A stretch of 63,981 bases of DNA, filler included, from Octopus bimaculoides (taxonomy: Eukaryota): the NCBI RefSeq assembly GCF_001194135.2. It is 6 parts of 6 records of this genome, joined end to end, with 100 filler letters (N's around TTAATTAATTAA, not from the genome) between each part and the next. Parts side by side here need not be neighbours in the genome. Positions count along the whole stretch, not along the records: positions 1 to 24,363 come from NC_068989.1; 5 more parts are not named here. One strand, given 5' to 3'. A program made the position numbers and the translations under genes. Shown here one piece after another: positions 1-11,867 of this stretch (positions are counted from its first letter, which is position 1; each line of letters starts with the position of its first letter). The notes beneath the pieces were generated by a model. The model had not been told where the DNA came from. It saw only the letters and a list, made by a program, of their open reading frames with translations, and searched no databases.

Positions 1-900
1 TCTGTTTATCCTTCTACGTTCAGTTACTCTCTTCTGGTATCGGAGTCTCTCACTGACAGCCTTCAATTCTTGTTTGAGAGTGATTAGTTTGCACCTGAGG
101 GTTGCTTTCTTACTGTCCCCAAACATTACTTCCATCCTTTTCTTTAATCTCTGCTGGTGGGATGTATAGTAGCCTGTTTCTTTGCAGGCGATAAGCATTG
201 TCACGTGACTGATGGTCTTCCGTAACCATGCGATTCTCTTCTCTATTTTCAGAACGCATGCTGGCACAGTTCTCTCGGTTATGTTTTTATGTTCATTCGT
301 GTTATGTTTATTTATAGTGTGTGTGTCATTCATATATTGTTTCGTAGCAACAGCCAATGCATATGTACAAGCGTTAATCTACCAGAACGAGGGTTCATTA
401 CATAGTTGTAGATAATCTCTTCCTATGTCGTCGATTGCTCTTAATATAATCTCTTTCGGCCTTCGGTTTATTTTAGTAGAGAAGCCCCTATTTTCAAGGG
501 CGTCTTACAAGGCGGATGGAATTTGTTCATGGAATATATTATTTAGGTCGTGTTTCACTGATGCATATTCTTCGTGGTCAGTGATATCGGTTTGGGTAAA
601 TAGGTCAGCCGCTTCAGTCATGGGTGGCTAGGGATGCTGACAGGGAGTATCTGTTGAGCTTGATACCATCCCTCGCCTCCCACTAGCTATAGAAGTATTG
701 CTAGAATTACTGCTATCTCTATGTAGCGTGGGATTGTCGTTAGCTACAGAATCAATGGCTGTTCCATCGTCATTGTTCAAATTCTCGTTTCTAAAGTTTG
801 AAACGGTGTCAATTTCACTTTTGTTTGGAATAAAATTACATTCATTTACTTTTTTCCTACTTAAAACAAATGTTGCTTGTTGGCGTAATTGTTTTGCAGN
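1..900 (-). mobile_element. Dong/R4-like non-LTR retrotransposon, decayed N-terminal ORF region
   Basis: Manual minus-strand translation gives SFW*INACTYALAVA, PACVLKIEKRIAWLRKTISHV and TLKQELKAVSERLRYQKR. These match the pre-RT motifs of R4/Dong ORFs. Stops and frameshifts are present. Confidence 0.65.
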
Positions 901-1369
901 NNNNNNNNNNNNNNNNNNNNNNNNNNNNNNNNNNNNNNNNNNNNNNNNNNNNNNNNNNNNNNNNNNNNNNNNNNNNNNNNNNNNNNNNNNNNNNNNNNNN
1001 NNNNNNNNNNNNNNNNNNNNNNNNNNNNNNNTCTGTAACTACAATTAGAAAAAGTTTGTTTACCTTTTGCGATGTTCTCTTTTCGTTCTGTAGGTATGTT
1101 GTTGTTGTTGTTGTTGTTGCTGTTGATGATGTTCATATGTCCAGCCATGCTGTTTGTAGTATTTTGTCGCGTGGTAGATTCAAATTTCAGGCGAAAATCA
1201 CTACAGTGTTGAATAAAAGGCTTCTTCAGTCGATGTAGCCGGAGATTAGCCAGTTATCTAGCAAGGTTGATATTTGTGGCTTCAATGTCAGGGATAATAT
1301 TCATCGTATTCTCGATAAATAGTCCCTCACGCCAAAAATGCGACTCGTCGCTGATCGCCTGTATGTATG

Positions 1370-1384
1370 ATCGCCGAACGCCTG

Positions 1385-1418
<34 letters not shown>

Positions 1419-1693
1419 TGTATGTATGTATGTATGTATGTATGTATGTATAAATTTGAAGCTTTATCTATCTATGTTTGTGTGTGTGCGACGTGTTCCT
1501 TCTTCCACACAACTTGAGAGCCGCTGTTGTTTGGTTTGTTTTCGTCCCCGTAATCTAGTTGCTCGGCAAAAGTGACATAGAATATGCACCAGAGTTATAA
1601 AATATGTACCGTGGTCGAATTCTCTGAGCAAAACACTACTCGAATCAGCGTTCCAACATAACTGCAATCCAGTGTCTGAAACAAAGAAAAGGT
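1370..1693 (+). mobile_element. SINE family A (CORE-type), degenerate 3' half with internal (GTAT)n
   Basis: TTCGTCCCCGTAATCTAG..CGGCAAAAG and the tail TGTCTGAAACAAAGAAAAG align with the copies at 16701 and 59779. Confidence 0.6.
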
Positions 1694-2412
1694 AAAATTC
1701 TTGATTGTCATTTTATAGATGTTTGCCATTATATCGTACAATACGCCTTGCAATTTAACGAAACAGTCTTGTGAACAACAAACCAAGTGCTTTCCTGAAC
1801 ATTACATGTTAAGTTTACTTTCCATTATGCCAATAACTGGTAAGCTTTCAGTTATCTAATATAGGTTTTCAAGATGTTTCTAATTTATCTTTCATACCGT
1901 ATCGTCTTTCGTTGTCTTTTGTTACGTCGATTAGTTCTACTGAATATTTAGGGATAAGTTTCAAAAGCATAGTTTTAAAAGAAATGTTTGTCGCTAATAC
2001 GGTATTTGTTTTAAGTTATTTACGGTAAATGTTCTTTGTTTTAATGTTACAATGTTTAAATTCAGCGTTTGTTTATTGTTTGTGTTGTACTTATCAGGAA
2101 GAAGCATCGCATGGTACTATCGGTATCAACTCACATTTGAGTTATCTTAATTGTTTCGCTACATACAGTGTCTATTCAATTTATAATTTACTCTTGTTGA
2201 CTATTATCTTTTCAAACAGTGCCTTGCTCATTTAAGCACACATTTTAAATTACCATGGGAAGAAAGTGAAGATAAGAAAAGAGAGAGAGACTATACAAAG
2301 GAATTATAGAATAAGAATGGGAACTGATATGGTGCGGTATTGAATTTCTCAAAGTACGTTGCTTAATACATTCTTAATACACGTTTGAAAATATTCCTAG
2401 TTCTGTGAGAAA

Positions 2413-2537
2413 TTCTTCTTCTTCTTCTTCTTCTTCTTCTTCTTCTTCTTCTTCTTCTTCTTCTTCTTCTTCTTCTTCTTCTTCTTCTTCTTCTTCTTCT
2501 TCTTCTTCTTCTTCTTCTTCTTCTTCTTTGTTCTTGC

Positions 2538-2593
<56 letters not shown>
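2413..2593. repeat. Compound (TTC)n-(TTA)n microsatellite
   Basis: Direct reading; source of the poly-E/S/L ORFs. Confidence 0.95.
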
Positions 2594-2594
<1 letters not shown>

Positions 2595-2790
2595 GACAGA
2601 AAGCTAGCAGAAACGTTAGCATGCCGGACAAAATGCTTAGCTTCATTTCGTCTGTCTTTACGTTCTCAGTTCAAATTCTGCCGGGGTCGACATTGCCTTT
2701 CATCGTTTCGGTGTCGATAGATTAAGTACCTGCTGAGGTCGATGTAATCGACTAGTCGTCTCCACCAAAATTTCACTAGAAAGGGTTCCT
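2594..2790 (+). mobile_element. SINE family B (tRNA-derived)
   Basis: AGCTAGCAGAAACGTTAGC...GTTCAAATTC...GTCGATAGATTAAGTACC matches the copies at 13904, 38480 and 43780. Confidence 0.8.
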
Positions 2791-2800
2791 CTTCTCGTTT

Positions 2801-3006
2801 AGGTGGTAAGCTGGCAGAATTGTTAAGACGCCAGGCAAAATTCTAAGTGGCGCTTCGTCCGTCTTTATATTCTGAGTTCAAATTTCGCCGAGGTTGAATT
2901 TGCCTGTCATTGATTCAAGGTCAATTAATTAACTACCAGTCATTCACTAGGGTCGATGTAAACGACCATTCCTCTAGCCAAAATTTGTGACTTCAGTAGA
3001 TAGGAT
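2801..3006 (+). mobile_element. SINE family B, second tandem copy followed by (TTC)n 3007-3106
   Basis: GGTGGTAAGCTGGCAGAAT...GAGTTCAAATT...GGTCGATGTAA. Confidence 0.8.
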
Positions 3007-3104
3007 TCTTCTTCTTCTTCTTCTTCTTCTTCTTCTTCTTCTTCTTCTTCTTCTTCTTCTTCTTCTTCTTCTTCTTCTTCTTCTTCTTCTTCTTCTTCTT
3101 CTTC

Positions 3105-3660
3105 TTGAGTGAGAGAGCAGTGCATGTCATGAAAGTGACACTGGGGTACAAATGTATGTAACCCAATATACCCATCATGACTACCCGTCTCATAAGGTTA
3201 CGCCAGGCACATGCGTCACAACCACGTAACATGGTGATCCCATATCATGATAAACAGCACATGACCTTATACGTGCAGCCCAATTAGTACTTTCTTCAGG
3301 TTCAGTAACCCATCCCGCTCAAAAGGTCCCCGAATAAGGGTTGCTTAAGAATGTTGAACGAAACACTCATGTTTCCTGAGGTGGGTTATTCAAATACCGA
3401 ATAATTCCTCTCAACACATCACATGGCTATGATGCTCTTCCACTACTTCCGCACGTGATCAGAGATGCACATATCATCAACCACTAACCGACATGTTCAA
3501 CTGGTTAAGGTCAAATAGCTGACAAGCAAATCTGTGGTATTGAGCAGAATATTTGCTGTTGCCCATCTTTTAATCCAAGACAAAACATGTACATGATACT
3601 ACTTCCAATTAGTTAAGATCAAAAGACATGAGAGCAACTGCTTGGTACTACATCAGGACA
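3105..3660 (-). mobile_element. Unclassified ~556-bp interspersed element bounded by microsatellites
   Basis: Non-coding, complex sequence with sharp edges against (AAC)n and (GAA)n. It resembles an abundant octopus repeat from my recollection only; it occurs once in this window. Confidence 0.45.
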
Positions 3661-3689
3661 TTGTTGTTGTTGTTGTTGATATTATTATT

Positions 3690-5720
3690 ATTATTTCTAT
3701 TTATCACAGGTTTTGTTGGAACTCCTGGATTCTTGCATACGTAGCGGGCTTGCTACCTATAACCTACAGTACCATGCTATCCGTTCTTTTCAGCTATCTA
3801 ATATTTTTTTGATTATTCTGGCCGTGTCAAGAAGGTAAACCTTTTGTAACAGTTCTAGTGGGTACTCTATTCCAAATTCCTTTATATTCTCCTTGATACC
3901 TTCTGATACTGTTCTCAAGGACCCAACAATAATTGGTATTATCTTCACCTTCATTTTCCATATCAGGGTTATATCATAATTAAGAGGGTTGTCATTATCT
4001 ATTTTCGCCTTCCTTCTTGACTATTCGGAGGTCAAAGGTGCATCCAACATCAACAATATAGCATGTGAGGTGCACATTCTTCACCACGACTAGGTCCGGT
4101 CTGTTATGCTCTAGCACCTGATTTGTTTGGATTGGGAAATCTCAAAGGATTTTGCTAGTCTTCGATCTGCCACTCTCTGCAGTTTTTGCTCATACCACGT
4201 CATGCCTCTCTCTAGCCCTCACTTTTTGAGCAGTTTCCAATAATGCACTTTCGCTACCCGAACGTGTTGCCACAACTTGTAGTGGTTTTGGGCAAGTCTG
4301 GGGCATTCGTTCGTGATATGGGCAATGGTTTCATTCACTCTCTTACAAATGCAGCACAATGGAGACACTTTCATATTCCTAAGGTTGACCACCCCAGCAA
4401 TTCGTGGCCAAAGCTTGGCCTTACGCTGCGAGTATAGTGCTACAAGGTATAGTGCTGCGAGTATAGTGCTGCGAGTTGTGGCTACAAGGAATTGATTGTG
4501 TAATTCTTTATGTCCTTTATGTACTTCTTCCTTTGGTTCCCCTATTGTCTCTGCTTTCAAAAATCTATCGTTCCTAACTGTCACTAGCAAGGTTTCCTTA
4601 CTTTGGGCTTGGCATCTCATTAAGCTCTCGAGCTAGATATGCTCGCAGTATTCAACACTTATCAGTCATGTTCCTCCCCTTCTTCTCTTCGTGTATAAGC
4701 AGTCAGTGTCTGCACGCTGATGATGGGCTCCGTGCATCGTTAGGAACTTTCTTGACTTCCTGTCCATCTCCTTTAGCTCCTCCTCTGTCCATTTCAGGAT
4801 TCCAGCGCCATACCGAACTGCGAGCGAGTTTATTGCCGAAATTATGTTTCTGCCATTCAGATTTGAAGTCAGTATTTTTCTCACTCCGCGCAGGTACTCT
4901 CTTTTTGTTTTTGCCTTCATGTCGTGGTGTTTCATTCCATCTGCTTCAAGTATTCCCAGGAATTTATAGCTGGACTGAAGTTGAATTGCCCTCATCATTT
5001 TACCAGTTGGTAACCATAAGCCTTCAGTCTCGACAAGGTTTCCTCGTCTCATCACCATCGTAACACATTTTGGGAGTCCAAAATTTATCTTAATATCATT
5101 GGAGAAATTCTACATAGACTGGACTAGGCTGTCCAATTCTGCCTCAGTTTTTGTGAATAGCTTCAGGTCGGTTCAGCAAGTGGCTCAGCTTTCCCTTACA
5201 TCTTCCCAGATCATACCCCAGTTTTGTTACCTGCATTATTTCACTGAAGGGGATCATTCCTAGCACGACGACCAGTGGGAACACTGGAAGACGCCTCTCT
5301 TGATTTTCATCTCTTCTAATACTCGATTCCCTGCTGTCAATTATCCTGCATTTCATGCTATTCCATATAAAGCTTCTCATATTTTCTGCTACTCTATGCA
5401 TTTGCGTTGTTATTATTATCCATGTGTGTGGTATCATATCGTATGCTTTGCGATAGTCAATCCATGCTATGCTCGGGTTTGTATGTCATCTCTTGCAGTT
5501 CCTGATAATTAGATTATCAATTAAGGGCTGATACCTCGTTCCCTGGCTCCTCTGTCGGCACCCTTTCTGTTCAATAGGAAGCAGACCACATTTTCCAAAT
5601 ATCTATACAGTTCATCAGCCAAAGCACCTGACTTTAGTTTCCACATTAGCGGAATGCACGCTATTAGTCTAAATTTGGATGTAACATTTCCCTTTTCAGG
5701 ATCTTCTGTACATTTTCAGG
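3690..5720 (-). mobile_element. Dong/R4 LINE copy 1, 5'-truncated (RT, CCHC knuckle, restriction-like endonuclease, 3'UTR)
   Basis: IAWIDYRKAYDMIPHTW (RT), YKFLGILE...DRKSRKFLTMHG, CCICKRVNETIAHITNECP (zinc knuckle) and NRPDLVVV...IVDVGC (REL), then a stop and an (AAT)n tail. Confidence 0.9.
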
Positions 5721-5725
5721 ATCCT

Positions 5726-8700
5726 CTAGTTCCCATGAGCACTATCGTTTGAATTACAGCCATTTTGGGGTTTTCCTGGTATCTGGTTTGTGTTCCCACC
5801 AGTTTTTATCATAGTGCAAGTACATATTTTTTTGTAAATTACACAGTGAATACATTGTGCAGTTCTATCATGCCTATTGAGATACTCTGTAGACGTAAGA
5901 AGACTGCACATGGAGACAGCATGATCAACGGTCACATTTTGCTGTTGGCATACACAGCATATTGGGGAGAAGCCGTTCGTTAATATGTTGGCCTGGTAGT
6001 TCTTTGTAGGTAGGCATTGATCTTGGGCTGCTATGATAAACCCTTCTATTTCTGATTTTAAGCTAGAAGCCATTAGCCATTGATGGGTAAGGGTTAGGGT
6101 TAGGGTTAGGGTTAGGGTTAGGGTTAGGGTTAGGGTTAGGGCTAGGGTTAGGGTTAGTGTCAACATCGGCATTATTAGCTCCCTTTTGGTACTTGCCATT
6201 GAGAGTTTTTTCTTGCCATTTATCAGTCAGAATATCTTAGCACAAGTTTTCATGCGCTTAGCATTTTCTGCGCTTGTTTCTAGTACGTCTAATTCTGGAA
6301 TTTGTTGTATTCGGAATTCACTTAAATGTTCCTCTGCCTGTTTTGTTACTGAGTATGATGCTTTCTTGTTTTCATGTTTTGAGACAGGTTTTAACATCCA
6401 GTCCTCAGGTAGGTGTCTAGGCCAATTGTGGCTACCTTCATTGTTAATGCCAGCTGTAGAAGTCCACGGCATCCCTCTTTTCTTGGTAGATAAAGTAGTT
6501 GTATATCTGCCTTAAGGTGGTGCATTCTATGCATTGTCAACAGTTTTCGCATTTTTCTCTCAAGATAAAATATTTCAGTAATTGACCAGTTAATGACATT
6601 GAAACTGTAAGTCACGACTGGTATGGCTAAAATATTGATTGCTTCGATCCTGTTTCTTGCATTCATCTCTGTCTTCAGTATTTCTCTCACCTTATGTTAA
6701 CATTCTTTTCTGATCCTCTCCCTCATCGCTGCATGTTTGATTCCGCCCCCTTCAATTACCCCTATATATTTGTTGCTCTACTCTGGTTCTAACCCTTTTA
6801 TGCCATTCCGCTGGTCAAGGTTAATGATAGATGTTTCTTTCGATTTTACTTTGATAACAGTAGCTTTTGCACATTTATCGAGGCCAAATTACATCCTGAT
6901 GACATCATTGAATTGTTTAACAATCGCTAGTAAAGCCCTTGTGTTGTTGGTCATTTTTTGCAAAGAGCTTTAAATCATCCATGTAAATGAGATAATTTAT
7001 ATTTTTATCAAATATTTTATAACCATACTGTGAATCATTGAGCAATTTTGAGAGAGGTATTAAGGCTAGACAAAAGAGGAGTGGTGATAGTGAGTCACCC
7101 TGGAAAATGCGACATGAAAGTTTTACATCTCCATCATTTATAGATCCATTGTCACTGTTCAAAGCCAGGGTGGTTCTCCATGATCTCATACTTACAGACA
7201 AAACGTTTCGCAGAGCAGGAGCTATTTTATACATATCCAGACATTTCTTAATCCAGCTATGTGTTAGGCTATCAAAAGCTTTTTTATAGTCTATCCAGGC
7301 TATTGACAAATGTTCGTGTCGCTTGTGACAATCATATTGTTGAGTAGCTGATCTTTACAACCATAAGATCCACGTTTACAGGTATATTCACTCAGGACAG
7401 ATGTTAGCGTTTTATACATTGTTGTTAAGCAGGTTATGGGTCGATAATTTTTTGGTTCATTTGTTTCTTTATTTTTTGGAAGTAGGAATGTTAAACCATT
7501 AACTAGCCAATAGGGAATCATACTAGGATGTTGCAAAACGTTTGTAACGTTTTGTTAGCAGTTCATGGCTCTCTGGGAAGGCATTCAACCAGTTAGGAAT
7601 TTTATCCTTTCCTGGAGACTTCCATTTGCTTGACATCCTGAGAGCAGATCTTATATCTCCTACCTTAACACCCTCCCAAATTTGCTCCTCTTAGGAGTCT
7701 AAGTCTGCAGATATTCTATTAATCCAAGGGGCCTTTTCCTTGTGTGTTTTTTCTTCTGCCCAAATTTTATTCCAAAATTCGTGCATTTCTTTTGATGGGA
7801 CATACTTTACTGTAACAGGTATCTTCCCTATCTTCCTGTAAACATTTTTTGGGTTATTGTTGAACATGTTGTCTTTGAAGAATCTCACGTGCTTTTCATA
7901 CGTTGCTATACGGGCAGCTTTAACACATACCTTTTGCTTGATGGTTTCTATGGTGGTATCAATGTCAAATATAGTTTTCATATATATATATTTTTTATTT
8001 TCGGGTTTTGTTAAACTTAAGGTTTTTCAAGCATTCTATGTCAGACCTAAGTAGCTTAATTTGGTGTTGAATACGCTCTTGCGAAGAAGGAAGGATTTTT
8101 GCGGGAATGTCGTCGTTTTCTAATCTTTTCACCACATAGAATCATTGAGATTTTTGCGGCGGCATTGTACAGATGGTTGAGATCTGTAATATCGACATCG
8201 TTAGCTGAAATTATATCCTTAAGTGCAAGGTGGATTTGATCAATTATTTTCAGGTTTTGGTTAGAATTGCGAATTTTTGAGAGGGTATCGTGTTCATTCA
8301 TTCTGGTTTCTTTAATTTTCAGCCATTCAGTCATGATTTGAAATTTTAGATCATGGAGTTCTGTTGGGTCAGTTTCTGTGTGACTTTCTTCATCTATTTG
8401 ATTTTCATCTACCTTAGTGTTTATGGTTGCTTCAGAGAGTATTTCACTTTGCTTATAAATTATATTAACTCGTTCAAACATTACTGCATTTTCATCAGCC
8501 CAGGGCTGGTCTATAATTATTTCCTCTGTGGTATGTTCTTTACCTGCAACTTCGTTCCTTTTATCCCTTACTGCTTGTTTAATTTGGTCAACCTCTACTT
8601 CGGTTAGTAATTTGTTTTTCATAATGTTTCTTCTGACGATGGCCAGTTGGTTACTGTCTACGTAGAGTCTTACTTCAAGGTGTCTCTGTCCCCAGTTTAA

Positions 8701-8975
8701 TTAGGTTTCTACAGTATTAGATTTATTTGTGGAGAAATACATGGCATGGTAGAAGGCCATAAGAATTTCTTTATTATCTTCCCTAAACCATTTTTCATCC
8801 TTTTTCTTTTGGTTGTTTGATGACGGAACATGTATGATCGTCTGGTTGGCCATTCCGGTTGTGGGGTACTTCCAGCTCCTGTGTGTCTGGATAATCTGAA
8901 CCAGTAGCTGATTTCTCGTATTGAATTTGGCTCCTCATTCCAGTACGTGACCTTTTGTAGTCCGGTCGTGTTATT
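5726..8975 (-). mobile_element. Dong/R4 LINE copy 2, near full length, lacking the endonuclease end
   Basis: RRNIMKNKLLTEVEV N-terminal region, NYRPITCLTTMYK, WIDYKKAFDS, IFQGDSLSPLLF, YMDDLKLF, EGFIIAAQDQ and CCVC..TVDH..SMC. Fragmented by frameshifts. Confidence 0.92.
6088..6157 (+). repeat. Interstitial telomeric repeat (TTAGGG)~11
   Basis: TAAGGG, 8x TTAGGG, CTAGGG, TTAGGG, TTAG read directly. Confidence 0.95.
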
Positions 8976-8978
8976 ATG

Positions 8979-9006
<28 letters not shown>

Positions 9007-9011
<5 letters not shown>

Positions 9012-11063
9012 TAGTTTTATTTTTATAACGTGCTTTCACTTCACTACCGAGCGCAGCTCTGTGTGCTTTGGGTATGTGCTGTGGTTTGCTGTGATGCTCT
9101 TATGGTTACTGTATTGAAAGTGTTTTGCGTAGGATGTGTGCAGTGCCCAGTAGTGCAATTTTCTGTATGTCATATATATTTGTAAGTCCTCGTGTTTTTG
9201 TTATGTATTTGTCTGAATATGTTTTTATCATACCTACGGCACCTACTATGATAGGAATTGTTTCTGTTTTAGATTCCACATTCGAGTTACCCCTATTTCC
9301 AGGTTTTTGTATTTTGAAAGTTTTTCCATTTCTTTTAGAGAAACGTTGTCATCTGCTGGTATTGATACGTCAATTAGAAAGCATTTTTTTCTTCATGAAC
9401 TTTGATAACTATATCAGGTCTATTTGCCTTAATTTCTCTATCTGTGTGTATTGGCATATCCCAGAGTATGGTTGCTTTCTCGTTTTCTATGACCTTTTCT
9501 GGCGTGTACTTATACCATCCTTTTTCTGTTGTTATTGCATAGTGTTGGCATAGCTTCCAGTGTATGTAAGTCCCAACTTTGTCGTGTCTGTAAAATTTAT
9601 TCCGTCTTAACCAGGACTGGGCAGCCTGAGATAATATGGTTTATTGTTTCTTGTCCAGCTCCACATATTCTGCAGTTACTTGTTATGATTCGTTTCATTA
9701 AATGTTTTCGGTAATTTTTGGGGGAAGGAAGGCTTTGGTCTTGGGCTTCAATTGAAAATCCTTCAGTCTCTACTATGAGTCCTGAGCTTCTCAACCATTG
9801 CTAGGATTTTTGTCTGTCTATTTCTTTTGCATTTATTTTAGTCCAGTATTTGCCACGAAGGGGCTTTTTTGCCATCATTTTATCATGGTTCGTTGCTTCT
9901 TCTTCTTCTTCTTCTTCTTCTTCTTCTTCTTCTTCTTCTTCTTCTTCTTCTTCTTCTTCTTCTTCTTCTTCTTCTTCTTCTTCTTCTTCTTCTTCTTCTT
10001 CTTCTTCTTCTTCTTCTTCTTCTTCTTCTTCTTCTTCTTCTTCATATTTGTTAGGTAGTATGACTTTTTGTTTGTATAATCTGTGGTCCATTCTGAAATC
10101 TGTGGTTTTCAATTCTTTGATTATGCTCATTTTTATACTATCATAATCATTAGGTTCCCCTTCACTGTTTCCAGGTTTTAGAATTGTTTCGGCTTCATTC
10201 TCATTCATATGTTTGTCTGTGGTGTTCTGGATTGGTGCTTTTTCTACATTATTATTCATCCCTACGGTCTGGGTTTGTTGTCTTTTGTTTACTTCGCTTT
10301 TCTTGGAAATGATACGTCTGTCTTCGTGTTTTACTATCTCAGTGTTTATATTAGTTGGCATTGCTCTGTGGCTACTATCTACATTTCCTGATGTACTTTG
10401 AGAATATATCTTTGTATGTTAGCTAGTTTATTTGGGTTCATTGCTGTATCCAAGCGTTTATTTAGATTATTCTTCTTCCAGATTTTATATGTATATGTTG
10501 TTGTGTTTTCGATCTTTGGGTAGACCCCTGCTGTAAAATAAGCGTGTAAGATTGAAATATATTCCTCACGTGTCCATTTATACCTTTTTGGTTTTATTTG
10601 CGGGACATGAGGAACAACGTCCGGCCCTTTATTTTGACGGTCATCTTTTTCGTAGGGAACCGGTTCGTTAATTTCTTTTGTTAAATTGTTTTACACGTGT
10701 GATTTTTCGAACTTTTTGTGTAACAAGTTTAAAGTACACACTTCCCGATTGCTATTCTTGTTATTTGATTTATTTGTAATTTTTTTGTACGTGGTGTTTG
10801 GGTCCGGAAATGGTCTGGTGTTGATAGATCGTAATGTATCAAGCGTGTTTACATGTGCTGTGCGAGCAGTGGAGGTGATATCCAGTTAAAATACACCATT
10901 TCATTTGGATAATAGAAATAAATTTCAATGAGCAATTTCTTACTTACTCGGATATAGTCCAACCCTTTGTCAGCTATTTTTGTCTCCATGCGATGTCTTT
11001 ATTTCCGATAATTTTGGATAAATTTCGGAGCGGTGTTGTATTGCTCTCACATGTTAAACGTCA
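9007..11063 (-). mobile_element. Dong/R4 LINE copy 3: N-terminal part, (GAA)49, then knuckle, REL and 3'UTR; no RT
   Basis: KWTREEY N-terminal motif, KPLRGKYW, ETEGFSIEAQDQ, CRICGAGQETINHIISGCP and IQKIALLGTAHILRK, with a 3'UTR and (TAA)n tail. Confidence 0.85.
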
Positions 11064-11128
<65 letters not shown>

Positions 11129-11170
11129 CATCATCATCATCATCATTATGATCATTATTATTATGATCAT
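11064..11170. repeat. (ATT)n/(CAT)n microsatellite
   Basis: Direct reading. Confidence 0.9.
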
Positions 11171-11867
11171 GGCCACGTTACTAGGAAGACGTACTAAGTT
11201 GGAGCTCCCTAAATTGAAAGTGTTTAATCAAGCATTTTGGCTGGTTGCAGCCCGTCCATTGAAAACTTTATTTAACAAGTATTTTGCTTGCAATGACTGG
11301 ATCTCTATGGTAACATTTTGTGTAATTGCACTCCCTGTTTGCTAGTGTAATAATTGTTTTGCATTTTTGCATATTTTGTGAAGATAATATTCTCTTCATT
11401 NNNNNNNNNNNNNNNNNNNNNNNNNNNNNNNNNNNNNNNNNNNNNNNNNNNNNNNNNNNNNNNNNNNNNNNNNNNNNNNNNNNNNNNNNNNNNNNNNNNN
11501 NNNNNNNNNNNNNNNNNNNNNNNNNNNNNNNNNNNNNNNNNNNNNNNNNNNNNNNNNNNNNNNNNNNNNNNNNNNNNNNNNNNNNNNNNNNNNNNNNNNN
11601 NNNNNNNNNNNNNNNNNNNNNNNNNNNNNNNNNNNNNNNNNNNNNNNNNNNNNNNNNNNNNNNNNNNNNNNNNNNNNNNNNNNNNNNNNNNNNNNNNNNN
11701 NNNNNNNNNNNNNNNNNNNNNNNNNNNNNNNNNNTCGCCACCACCACCACCACCACCTTCGCCACCACCACCACCACCACCACTTTCTCTGACCAAAAAG
11801 AAGATTGTGTCAACAGTCATCCCTAAAGACCAAGGTACGTAATTCCATTTTCTTTTCTCTAAGGTAA

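Noticed and set aside
1464-1786. Cys/His-containing minus-strand ORFs suggesting a zinc finger
   Set aside because: They largely overlap the antisense strand of a degenerate SINE A.
2290-2412. Possible LINE endonuclease C-terminal scrap (FLTELGIF)
   Set aside because: Too short, with no diagnostic motif.
3200-3480. Short matches to U1 (TGATCA, GTAGTGG) and U12 (TTTTGAGCGGG) in the 556-bp element
   Set aside because: The motifs are short and their spacing is not snRNA-like.
8880-8975. HDV-like ribozyme at Dong 5' ends (also ~10860-11060)
   Set aside because: I could not build the nested pseudoknot by eye; this needs an RNArobo or Infernal search.
11835-11863. 29-nt GT..AG mini-intron between Tx1 ORF1 and ORF2
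   Set aside because: It is very short, and splicing would not fuse the two frames.
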